Positions 28,125 through 36,635 of a stretch of 64,000 nucleotides of DNA are shown here, in pieces. Positions within the stretch are counted from its first letter, which is position 1, and every line of letters starts with the position of its first letter. A program made the position numbers and the translations under genes. The notes under the pieces were generated by a model. The model was not told the origin of the DNA. It did not search any database and saw only the letters and a program-made list of their open reading frames with translations. The DNA is from an uncultured Bacteroidales bacterium (GTDB taxonomy: Bacteria; Bacteroidota; Bacteroidia; Bacteroidales; UBA7960), in the NCBI GenBank assembly GCA_964491395.1, contig CAZBGI010000002.1:51768-115767 (forward strand), written 5' to 3'.

Positions 28125-29152
28125 GTCATTGGGTTTTTATTGGCGTTTTGGATCACAGAATCTTTGTATTTCACGGATAAGACTAACCAGGAAAAGGCAC
28201 CAAGAAGTAAGATGGTAAAAGTCTGTGCTGCATGTGCAATATAAGCGTATGAAGTGGCTGATTCCGGGACGATACCCAACACTTCGGTCATGGTAGTAAT
28301 GACAATGAAATGATAGGCTCCGATACCTCCGGGAACAGGTGCTACAATGCCCAGACTGCCGAGAGCCAGGACTGTAAATCCTGCAGCTATGCCCAGCATG
28401 GAGGTGCCGGATAAGGCAAAGAAAACCAGGTAAACTGTAAAGAAGTAAAAAGCCCAGATGGCCAGGGTAAGGATGATAAACATTGTCTTCTGTTGCATGT
28501 CCTTCAGGGTGAGAACCCCTTTCCAGAATCCCATTACCTGTCTTTTTATTTTTCCTGCAAGCCCAGCTTTATCAATGCTGGTTTTTTTCAGATATCGAAA
28601 AACAAAAATCATCAACCCCAGAAAAACCAAGCCCGAAAGAAACAGGGCCAGGGAATTATCTTCAATCATTTTCATCAGGGGCCCAAAAATAAAACTGTTG
28701 AGAAATCCTTTGAGATAGCTGAACTGGAAAACGATGGTCATAAAAATGAGCACCAGCAACGTTATCATGTCAAATACCCGCTCAGCAACCACTGTGCCGG
28801 CAATGGAGTTGAAGGGATGACGTGAATATTTTGAAAGGGTGACACAGCGTGTAATTTCTCCCAGACGCGGAACTGCAAGGTTGGCAAGTGTGCCGGTCAT
28901 CAAAGCATAAAAGGTTGTGGAAGTAGCAGGAGTATGGCCCATCGGGTGGATGAGCATGTTCCAGCGGATGGCCCGCACCAGGTGACTCAGAAAACCACTA
29001 AAAACAGCCAGTATGATCCAGAAAAAATTGGCATGCCGCACTTCATCCCAGATTTTTTCAATATCCTGATTGCGGGTAATCAACCATAGGATAAAAATTC
29101 CTATCAAAGCAAACAGAAATACTTTGGCATATCTTTTCAGGTAAACTTTCAA
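28121..29152 (-). CDS. flippase-like / lysylphosphatidylglycerol-synthase-TM-region family membrane protein (UPF0104)
   Basis: 343 aa, about 8 TM helices, conserved RWNMLI and PRLGEITR segments as in UPF0104/LPG_synthase_TM proteins. TTG start. Confidence 0.55.
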   Translation of the reverse strand: MKVYLKRYAKVFLFALIGIFILWLITRNQDIEKIWDEVRHANFFWIILAVFSGFLSHLVRAIRWNMLIHPMGHTPATSTTFYALMTGTLANLAVPRLGEITRCVTLSKYSRHPFNSIAGTVVAERVFDMITLLVLIFMTIVFQFSYLKGFLNSFIFGPLMKMIEDNSLALFLSGLVFLGLMIFVFRYLKKTSIDKAGLAGKIKRQVMGFWKGVLTLKDMQQKTMFIILTLAIWAFYFFTVYLVFFALSGTSMLGIAAGFTVLALGSLGIVAPVPGGIGAYHFIVITTMTEVLGIVPESATSYAYIAHAAQTFTILLLGAFSWLVLSVKYKDSVIQNANKNPMT

Positions 29153-29209
29153 AGGTTGATGTTTTTGAAATGAGTATTTCCGGTTACAGGGTTAAATGAC
29201 ACAAGGGTT

Positions 29210-29554
29210 TTACAACTTATTGTTGTCGTCGGGGAAAACGATGGCAGGGGTATGCTGCTTTGCTTTTTCAAGTTCCATCATGGCATAAGAAAGGATGATA
29301 ACCACATCGCCTTTTTGAGCTTTGCGGGCCGCAGGACCATTAAGGCAAATCACGCCACTTCCCCGAGGGCCTTTTATCACATAAGTCTCCAGTCGCTCAC
29401 CGTTGTTGATATTAACAACATGAACCTTTTCGTTTTCAATTATGCCTACGGCATCCATGATATCTTCGTCAATGGTAATGCTGCCAATATAATGCAAATC
29501 AGCCTGGGTGACAATGGCACGATGGATTTTGGATTTTAGAACTTCTATAAACAT
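29210..29554 (-). CDS. panD: aspartate 1-decarboxylase
   Basis: [29 protein letters not shown] contains the G-S self-processing site. 114 aa. Confidence 0.95.
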   Translation of the reverse strand: MFIEVLKSKIHRAIVTQADLHYIGSITIDEDIMDAVGIIENEKVHVVNINNGERLETYVIKGPRGSGVICLNGPAARKAQKGDVVIILSYAMMELEKAKQHTPAIVFPDDNNKL

Positions 29555-29657
29555 GAGGTAATTACGGGGCTTTTTATTTTTGTTTTAACGATACTATAAA
29601 CAGATGATTACAGGGTTTTGTTGCAGTTGTATCTATCTGTTTGTCGGGGCGGCTAAA

Positions 29658-30503
29658 TTACAAATTAAAAATCATATTATCAATGAGCCTTACCGGTCCC
29701 ATGTAAACTGCAATGCATGCTACCACGGGAGTGTCTGGTTTGTTTCCTCTTATGGGGGCCAATGTTTCAGGATGGGATATTTCAAAATACTCCAGTTCCA
29801 TTTCCGGATTGGCGTTGATGGTGTGAGCAACCTTTTCAATAACTGTTTCTACCTTTTCCGTTTTATATAACCCTGAAGCTTTAACAAGGGTTTGAAAAAT
29901 CAGAGGTGCCTCGCTGCGCTGTGAGTCGGTCAGCCTTACATTCCTGGAACTCATCGCCAGCCCGTCTGTTTCCCTTACTATGGGACAGGCTACAATGGCA
30001 ATGTTCATGGATTCAATTTTCACCAGGGCCTTTATCACCGCCAGTTGCTGGAAATCTTTCTCTCCGAAATAAGCTTTGTGGGGCAGTACGATGTCAAATA
30101 GTTTTTTTACCACAATGGCCACACCATTGAAGTGCCCTGATCTGTACCGTCCTTCCATTACCTTGTCGAGCAACCCGAAATCATAGGTTTGAGTTACCGG
30201 TTCGGGGTACATCTCTTCAACTTCGGGATAAAAAACCACATCGCATCCAAGCGATTCTAATAATGCAATATCTTTTTCAAAAGTCCGCGGATATTTTTCC
30301 AGGTCTTTGGGATTATTAAACTGGATGGGATTGACAAAAATACTGCAAATCCCAATATCGTTTTCAGCCATTGCCTGTTCAACCAGCATCAAATGCCCAT
30401 TGTGCAATGCCCCCATGGTGGGAACAAAACCTATGCTTTTACCCGATTTCCGGGCGGCACGACTGTAAGCCTGCATCTGGCTGATGGTACGGATAATTTC
30501 CAC
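29658..30503 (-). CDS. panC: pantoate--beta-alanine ligase
   Basis: GFVPTMGALHNGHL (HIGH-like motif), FVNPIQF, FGEKDFQQ. GTG start. Confidence 0.95.
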   Translation of the reverse strand: MEIIRTISQMQAYSRAARKSGKSIGFVPTMGALHNGHLMLVEQAMAENDIGICSIFVNPIQFNNPKDLEKYPRTFEKDIALLESLGCDVVFYPEVEEMYPEPVTQTYDFGLLDKVMEGRYRSGHFNGVAIVVKKLFDIVLPHKAYFGEKDFQQLAVIKALVKIESMNIAIVACPIVRETDGLAMSSRNVRLTDSQRSEAPLIFQTLVKASGLYKTEKVETVIEKVAHTINANPEMELEYFEISHPETLAPIRGNKPDTPVVACIAVYMGPVRLIDNMIFNL

Positions 30504-30727
30504 GCGTAAATAATTTTAAATCGTTTGAACCACAATCAAAGCAGAATTGTGTTAATTTTTCTTTACACTTTCAAATCCTCTGCCGGTTTTTGGAGTCAAT
30601 ACCAGGGTTGCAAAGAGGAGCAGCAAACATAAGTGTTTATTCCTTAGCGACTTAATACACTTAGCCAAAGGTTTTGAATAAGCCGGCAAAGCTAAGGGAA
30701 TAATTTGAGAAATGGCAAAAAAAAGTG

Positions 30728-30735
30728 TAACTTTG
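30728..30735 (+). promoter_or_regulatory. Bacteroidota-type -7 box for the short GS-like gene
   Basis: TAACTTTG, 36 nt upstream of ATG 30771. Confidence 0.5.
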
Positions 30736-30770
30736 CATGACATTTTTACTAACAGTCAATTAAAGCATTT

Positions 30771-31598
30771 ATGGAAAAACCCAAAGTTCTTTTTGTTCAG
30801 CAGGAAATCACCCCATATTTGAAAGAAACCCACAAAGGCCTCATCGGAAGGCAACTCCCACAAGGAATTCAGGAAAGGGGAAAAGAAATCAGAACTTTCA
30901 TGCCACGTTTCGGCAATATCAATGAAAGGAGAAACCAGCTGCATGAAGTAATCCGCCTCTCCGGGATGAACCTGGTAATTAACGATACCGACCACCCCCT
31001 CATCATCAAAGTAGCTTCTATTCAATCAGCAAGAATGCAGATTTATTTCATCGATAACGATGATTTCTTCAAACGCAAATTTACCGTGCTTGATAAAACC
31101 GGCAAAATGTTTGCCGACAATGATGAACGCGCCATCTTTTTCACCCGTGGTGTAATTGAAACCGTAAAGAAACTTAGCTGGGCCCCCAATGTGGTTCATT
31201 GCAACGGATGGTTTACTGCCCTCATGCCCGCTTATGTGAAAGTAGCCTTGAAAGATTCAGGAATGTTCTCCGATACCAAGGTCGTATATTCTATTTATGA
31301 TGACGGGTTTGAAGGAAAACTTGATGCCAAAATAGCTCAGAAATTTAAAACCCAGGGAGTGGGAGAAGAATTTACACCCAGGCTTAAAGACCCCTCTTAT
31401 GTTAATCTCAGCAAAACGGCTATCGACTTTTCCGACGGAATTATCATTGGAAGCGAAAACATTAACCCCGAGTTGGAAGCATATGCCAAAGAATCAGGTA
31501 AACCCGTCCTTGGCTATCAAAAGCCCGAAAACTATATGGATGCCTACAATGAGTTCTATGATGAAATTATTGTGAATGATTCTGTGCTCACTCAATAA
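30771..31598 (+). CDS. short glycogen/starch-synthase-like protein (GT5 N-terminal domain only)
   Basis: 275 aa resembling only the N-terminal Rossmann half of ADP-glucose glycogen synthases (VLFVQQEITPY..., HCNGWFTAL). The KTGGL motif is degenerate (KETHKGLIG, 30822-30848). As far as I recall, the position between panC and a DUF4270-like gene is a recurrent Bacteroidota arrangement. Confidence 0.55.
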   Translation: MEKPKVLFVQQEITPYLKETHKGLIGRQLPQGIQERGKEIRTFMPRFGNINERRNQLHEVIRLSGMNLVINDTDHPLIIKVASIQSARMQIYFIDNDDFFKRKFTVLDKTGKMFADNDERAIFFTRGVIETVKKLSWAPNVVHCNGWFTALMPAYVKVALKDSGMFSDTKVVYSIYDDGFEGKLDAKIAQKFKTQGVGEEFTPRLKDPSYVNLSKTAIDFSDGIIIGSENINPELEAYAKESGKPVLGYQKPENYMDAYNEFYDEIIVNDSVLTQ

Positions 31599-31607
31599 TT
31601 TTTACCA

Positions 31608-31615
31608 TACCTTTG
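31608..31615 (+). promoter_or_regulatory. Bacteroidota-type -7 box for DUF4270-like/glmS
   Basis: TACCTTTG, 20 nt upstream of ATG 31635. Confidence 0.4.
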
Positions 31616-31634
31616 CGTTTTGTTTACGTAAAAG

Positions 31635-33050
31635 ATGATAAAAATAACTAACTCCAAATCAAATATTGTTTTGAAAAATTTCTTTAATCCCCGGTTTTAC
31701 CGGGGTTTTTTCCGTTTAAAGTCGCTGGCTATTGCCGGATTATTGTCTCTCACTCTTTCCTTTTACGCCTGTAATGATATGGATGAGATTGGTCTGGACT
31801 TAATAGACACCCCTTTGCAATCTGACTTAGACACCCTTCCTCTGGTTGCGTACACCCAGATAGAAGATTCATTGCTCACCCATAACACGGATATCAGCCT
31901 GCTGGGATTCATCAATGACCCGGTTTTTGGAAAAACCAGTGCTGAATTATATACCGAAGTATTGCCCCGCAGCCTTCCCCCCACAATCCCGGACATTCCT
32001 TCTGATTCTCTGCGAATTGACTCTGTGGTATTGAGTATGGCATACAACGGTTATTATGGCGATATTACCCAAACCCACCACGTGAGGGTTTTCGAACTTG
32101 ATGAGGGAATTCCTGCCGATAGTATCTGGTCAAACCGGCAACTGGCTGCGGGAAATGAAATTTTGGTTGAAAACTCCGCTTTCCTGCCCCTTCCCGGTGA
32201 TACTCTTTATCTGGGAGAAGATAATGCCAGGGTTCCTCCTCAACTCAGACTCAGGCTTGATACAGAATTGGGGCGAAGGTTTTTCAATGACAGGGATTCT
32301 ATCAGCGAAATGACCATTAACGATGATTTCAGAAACTATTTGAAAGGGTTTGTTTTGAAAATGGAAGAACCTGACCAGCCCGGCTCCATGCTATATTTCA
32401 ACCTTAGCAACAGCCAGTCAAAACTTACCGTTTATTATGCTGAAATAGAAGATGAAGACAATCAGAACCTTGAGTTTTTAATGAATGACCCATTGGCGAG
32501 AAGGTTTAATCACTACCAAAATTTCGATTATGAGTTTGCAGACCAGAATATAAAAGCACAGATTTTTGAGGGTGATACCCTGCAGGGTGACAGCCTTTTG
32601 TTTGTGCAATCAATGTCTAATTTTCGGGTTAAGATTTTAATGCCCTCCGTTCAGAATTTCATGGATGAAATGCAGGGAGATATTGCCATTAACCAGGCCA
32701 AATTGATTATTCCTGTTGATGATGATTATATTCAAGACACCCTTGAACTGGCTCGCTTCCTTTATCTTTTCAGAGAAGATCCTCAGGAACCGGGCGTTTT
32801 GATCAGTCTCGATGATCAATTTGTCGGGCAGGAATATTTTGGCGGTGAACTGGATGCCGATAAAAGAGAATATTCTTTTAATGTTACCAGGCATTTTCAG
32901 GGAATTCTTAACGATGATTTTGCCAATACACCCCTTTACCTCAGGGTAAGCGGGTCAGCTCAAAATGCGGGAAGAGCCGTGCTTAAAGGAACAGGGAGAG
33001 ATAATCCCTTGCGACTTGAAATCCAATACACGCAACCCAATACAGATTAA
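31635..33050 (+). CDS. DUF4270-like lipoprotein, function unknown
   Basis: Signal/lipobox (LTLSFYAC). 471 aa with no catalytic motifs. The family is assigned from remembered synteny (short GS-like gene upstream, glmS downstream), not from a search. Confidence 0.4.
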   Translation: MIKITNSKSNIVLKNFFNPRFYRGFFRLKSLAIAGLLSLTLSFYACNDMDEIGLDLIDTPLQSDLDTLPLVAYTQIEDSLLTHNTDISLLGFINDPVFGKTSAELYTEVLPRSLPPTIPDIPSDSLRIDSVVLSMAYNGYYGDITQTHHVRVFELDEGIPADSIWSNRQLAAGNEILVENSAFLPLPGDTLYLGEDNARVPPQLRLRLDTELGRRFFNDRDSISEMTINDDFRNYLKGFVLKMEEPDQPGSMLYFNLSNSQSKLTVYYAEIEDEDNQNLEFLMNDPLARRFNHYQNFDYEFADQNIKAQIFEGDTLQGDSLLFVQSMSNFRVKILMPSVQNFMDEMQGDIAINQAKLIIPVDDDYIQDTLELARFLYLFREDPQEPGVLISLDDQFVGQEYFGGELDADKREYSFNVTRHFQGILNDDFANTPLYLRVSGSAQNAGRAVLKGTGRDNPLRLEIQYTQPNTD

Positions 33051-33061
33051 CAGCTAAGATT

Positions 33062-34900
33062 ATGTGCGGAATAGTAGGTTATATTGGGTCTAAAGAGGCA
33101 TACCCGATTCTTATAAAGGGATTGAAGAGGTTGGAGTACCGTGGGTATGATAGTGCAGGAGTTGCATTGCTGAATGAACAGTTGAAAGTTTTCAAGAGCC
33201 ATGGCAAAGTGTCGGATTTGGAAAGAATTGTTCAGGGGGCCGATCTTTCAGGAACTTCGGGAATTGCTCATACCCGATGGGCTACCCATGGCGAACCCAA
33301 CGACGTAAATGCTCACCCTCATTACAGCGAAACCCAAAACCTTGCCATCATTCATAACGGAATAATTGAGAATTACGGCAGTTTAAAAGAAGAACTGATC
33401 AACCGTGATCATCATTTTAACAGTGAAACGGATACCGAGGTTTTGATTCATCTTATTGAAGATATTCAACACAATGAAAAAGTTGACCTGCTGGAAGCTG
33501 TAAGAATATCTTTGAATCAGGTCGTCGGAGCCTACGCCATTGTTATCATTGATAAAAACCAGCCGGATATGCTTATCGCGGCCAAAAAAGGAAGTCCGCT
33601 GGTTATAGGCATTGGTGAAGGAGAGTTTTTTATTGCCTCCGATGCTACCCCTATCGTTGAGTACACTAAAAATGTGGTTTATCTGGATGATGAAGAGGTA
33701 GCTACAGTCACCAGGGCAGGTGAGCTGAAAATAAAAACCATTCGAAACAAAGAAAAACATCCTTATATCCAGAAACTGGAGTTGCAGCTTTCGGCCATTG
33801 AGAAAGGTGGATTTCCCCATTTTATGCTCAAGGAAATTTATGAGCAGCCCCGTTCTATCAAAGATTCCATGCGTGGAAGACTCAACGCTGAAAAAGGGAT
33901 TGTTACCCTGGGAGGAATTATTGATTATGAGCAAAAATTTATCAATGCCCGCAGGGTTATAATTGTTGCATGTGGTACATCCTGGCATGCAGGCCTGGTA
34001 GGGGAGTATTTGCTGGAAGACTTTGCCCGGATTCCGGTAGAGGTTGAATATGCCTCTGAATTCCGGTATCGCAATCCCGTTATTCATGAAGATGACATTG
34101 TGATTGCCATTAGTCAGTCTGGCGAAACCGCCGATACGCTTGCAGCTATCGAACTGGCCAAATCCAAAGGCGCCACGATAATAGGTATTTGCAATGTGGT
34201 AGGCTCTTCCATTGCCCGGGCAACTCATGCAGGTTCTTATACCCACGCAGGTCCTGAAATCGGTGTGGCTTCCACCAAAGCTTTTACAGCCCAGGTTACC
34301 ATTTTGGGATTGCTTGCCTTGTCCATTGCCAGTAAAAAAGGGTCTATACCGAAAAACCGCTATTACCAGTTGCTGGCTGAAATGGACGCTCTGCCGGGCA
34401 AGGTGGAAAAAGCCCTGAAGGTAAATCAACAAATTCTCGATATTTCCAAAACGTTTAAATTTGCCCAAAACTTTCTCTACCTGGGTCGGGGATACAACTT
34501 CCCCCTTGCACTGGAGGGTGCACTCAAACTCAAAGAAATCTCATACATCCATGCTGAAGGGTATCCCGCAGCAGAAATGAAACACGGTCCTATTGCCCTG
34601 ATAGATGCCAACATGCCCGTTGTAATCATCGCTACCCGCAAGGGCTCTTACGACAAAGTAATCAGCAACATCCAGGAGGTGAAAGCCCGTAAAGGATCCA
34701 TTGTGGCCATTGTTACCGAAGGCGATACCGTGGTAAGCAAAATGGCTGATTATGTGATTGAAATTCCCGATACCGACGAGGCCTTTGTGCCTATCGTGGC
34801 CAGCATTCCCTTGCAGTTGCTTTCTTACCATATTGCGGTCATGAGAGGATGCAACGTGGATCAGCCCAGAAACCTGGCCAAATCTGTTACCGTGGAATAA
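33062..34900 (+). CDS. glmS: glutamine--fructose-6-phosphate aminotransferase (isomerizing)
   Basis: MCGIVGY N-terminal nucleophile, two SIS domains, and the C-terminal DQPRNLAKSVTVE. Confidence 0.97.
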   Translation: MCGIVGYIGSKEAYPILIKGLKRLEYRGYDSAGVALLNEQLKVFKSHGKVSDLERIVQGADLSGTSGIAHTRWATHGEPNDVNAHPHYSETQNLAIIHNGIIENYGSLKEELINRDHHFNSETDTEVLIHLIEDIQHNEKVDLLEAVRISLNQVVGAYAIVIIDKNQPDMLIAAKKGSPLVIGIGEGEFFIASDATPIVEYTKNVVYLDDEEVATVTRAGELKIKTIRNKEKHPYIQKLELQLSAIEKGGFPHFMLKEIYEQPRSIKDSMRGRLNAEKGIVTLGGIIDYEQKFINARRVIIVACGTSWHAGLVGEYLLEDFARIPVEVEYASEFRYRNPVIHEDDIVIAISQSGETADTLAAIELAKSKGATIIGICNVVGSSIARATHAGSYTHAGPEIGVASTKAFTAQVTILGLLALSIASKKGSIPKNRYYQLLAEMDALPGKVEKALKVNQQILDISKTFKFAQNFLYLGRGYNFPLALEGALKLKEISYIHAEGYPAAEMKHGPIALIDANMPVVIIATRKGSYDKVISNIQEVKARKGSIVAIVTEGDTVVSKMADYVIEIPDTDEAFVPIVASIPLQLLSYHIAVMRGCNVDQPRNLAKSVTVE

Positions 34901-34921
34901 AAACTTTCAGATTATACCAAT

Positions 34922-34955
34922 AACCCGCCTTAGAGCGGGTTTTATTTTGTTTTTT
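34922..34955 (+). terminator. intrinsic terminator of glmS
   Basis: Stem AACCCGC (34922-34928) / GCGGGTT (34935-34941), loop CTTAGA, followed by ttattttgtttttt. Confidence 0.75.
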
Positions 34956-35012
34956 GGGGTCATCTGCATGCTGCTTTTTACCCCGCATCGCTGCCCTGGT
35001 AGTTTATGTTGA

Positions 35013-35345
35013 AAAGGAACGCAGCCTGAGTACAGCTAAAAACACAACAAAGGAGTTAGGGGCGTAGATAAGTTGGAAGTCGAATCCTTGCAGGATTATC
35101 GTATCACACACAAAGAAGAACTCATGGCATCCCAACAAAGGAACAAATACCGTCCTAATCCTCAATGCTGGGTAGAGATACCCGGGGAAAACGAAAGTAA
35201 ACGCCGGTTAGATTTCCCCACTTTAGTTGAAAGGGTGATCCCAAAAGCCATTGGCCAGGTTCGTACTCTCATCTACAAGCCAGTTTTGGGCCTAAAACAG
35301 GGGGCTCTTTCATCGTTTCAGAGATAGCTTCCGGGTGCAAGCTGC
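35013..35345 (+). pseudogene. degenerate fragment of a group II intron-type reverse transcriptase (RT-0 to about RT-2 only)
   Basis: The frame reads KGTQPEYS*KHNKGVRGVDKLEVESLQDYRITHKEELMASQQRNKYRPNPQCWVEIPGENESKRRLDFPTLVERVIPKAIGQVRTLIYKPVLGLKQGALSSFQR*. This tracks the group II RT N-terminal pattern NKG..GVDG.T.E......L..L...G.Y.P.P.R.V.IPK.....R.L.IPT..DR..Q.A...V..P......S.GFRPGRS. There is an in-frame TAA at 35037, and the catalytic YxDD region is missing. Confidence 0.6.
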
Positions 35346-35468
35346 TGGGAGGAATAGCATAATCAAGTCGAAGGACTTGCCTTCAGCATCATCCTGAAAC
35401 AGATTGGAGAGTTGACACCAGGGTTTGTTCCGGGCTTGTCTGTGTTAGGTATAAGTGATTTAAAATAA

Positions 35469-35476
35469 TAACTTTG
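35469..35476 (+). promoter_or_regulatory. Bacteroidota-type -7 box for the PfkB kinase gene
   Basis: TAACTTTG, 32 nt upstream of ATG 35508. Confidence 0.5.
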
Positions 35477-35507
35477 CAGCTTTAAAAATTCAATCTTATA
35501 AAAAATC

Positions 35508-36422
35508 ATGAGTTTATTAGTTATAGGAACAGTTGCCTTCGACGAAGTGGAAACCCCATATGGTAAGTCGGGCAAAATATTAGGAGGTGCCGGCACATAT
35601 ATCGGGCTGGCTGCCAGCCATCTTGTCGATGATATTCGCATTGTATCTGTGGTAGGAGGAGATTTTCCTGCTCAGCACCTGGAGCTGATGAAAAGGCACA
35701 ATATTAATACAGAAGGGATCAAGGTGATACCTGAAGGGAAAACTTTTTTCTGGGCAGGTAAATACCACGACAACATGAATATTCGCGACACTCTGGTTAC
35801 GGATTTGAATGTTTTGGCTGATTTTGATCCTGTGCTTCCCGAAGCATATAAAAACAGTGAATACCTCATGCTGGGAAATCTGACTCCCGCTATCCAGAAA
35901 CGTGTAATTGAGCAGATGAATACCCGTCCTAAACTCATTTGCATGGATACCATGAACTTCTGGATGGATGTATCTCTTGTCGATTTGCTTGAGGTAATAA
36001 AAATGGTTGACGTACTTACCATCAATGATGAGGAAGCAAGACAGCTATCAGGAGAATATTCCCTGGTAAAAGCGGCAAGAAAAGTGCTTACCATGGGGCC
36101 GAAGTTTCTGATTGTCAAAAAAGGAGAACACGGAGCCCTCTTGTTTTATGAAAACAAAATATTTTTTGCTTCTGCCATGCCCCTGGAAGAGGTGTTTGAC
36201 CCTACCGGCGCAGGAGATACGTTTGCCGGTGGATTTATGGGATGGATTGCCAAAACCGGAGATCTCAGTTACGACAACCTGAAAAGGGCCGTGATTTATG
36301 GTTCTGCCATGGCGAGCTTTACCGTGGAGAAGTTTGGTACGGAAAAACTTACCCAACTTAGTACCGAAGATATACAAAAAAGACTGGAGGAGTTTGGACA
36401 GCTTGTTGAATATAAATTTTAA
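35508..36422 (+). CDS. PfkB-family carbohydrate kinase
   Basis: N-terminal GGAGTYIG di-glycine region and the C-terminal DPTGAGDTFAGGF PfkB signature 2. Confidence 0.8.
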   Translation: MSLLVIGTVAFDEVETPYGKSGKILGGAGTYIGLAASHLVDDIRIVSVVGGDFPAQHLELMKRHNINTEGIKVIPEGKTFFWAGKYHDNMNIRDTLVTDLNVLADFDPVLPEAYKNSEYLMLGNLTPAIQKRVIEQMNTRPKLICMDTMNFWMDVSLVDLLEVIKMVDVLTINDEEARQLSGEYSLVKAARKVLTMGPKFLIVKKGEHGALLFYENKIFFASAMPLEEVFDPTGAGDTFAGGFMGWIAKTGDLSYDNLKRAVIYGSAMASFTVEKFGTEKLTQLSTEDIQKRLEEFGQLVEYKF

Positions 36423-36635
36423 ACTGTTTTTTTCGGTACTTTGTAGTTTTTTCCTATCTTTAGCCACTTTTTTCAAAGGGTTCAAACAATGTAATAATCA
36501 GGTTATACTGAGTCTGACAGCAGGAAACAAAAGAGTACCCTTCGCCTTGTTGTAAAAAAGCTGTACCGTAATTTATTTCAAACCAAATAATCACCTGAAT
36601 TGAAAATATACCAGTTCATAAAAATTTAATTCAAA

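Noticed and set aside
33383-34468. 361-aa ORF antisense to glmS
   Set aside because: It lies entirely inside a well-supported, highly conserved gene. Its composition is low-complexity (N/F/G/I-rich), with no motif, promoter box or start context. It is a typical shadow ORF from the codon structure of the sense strand.
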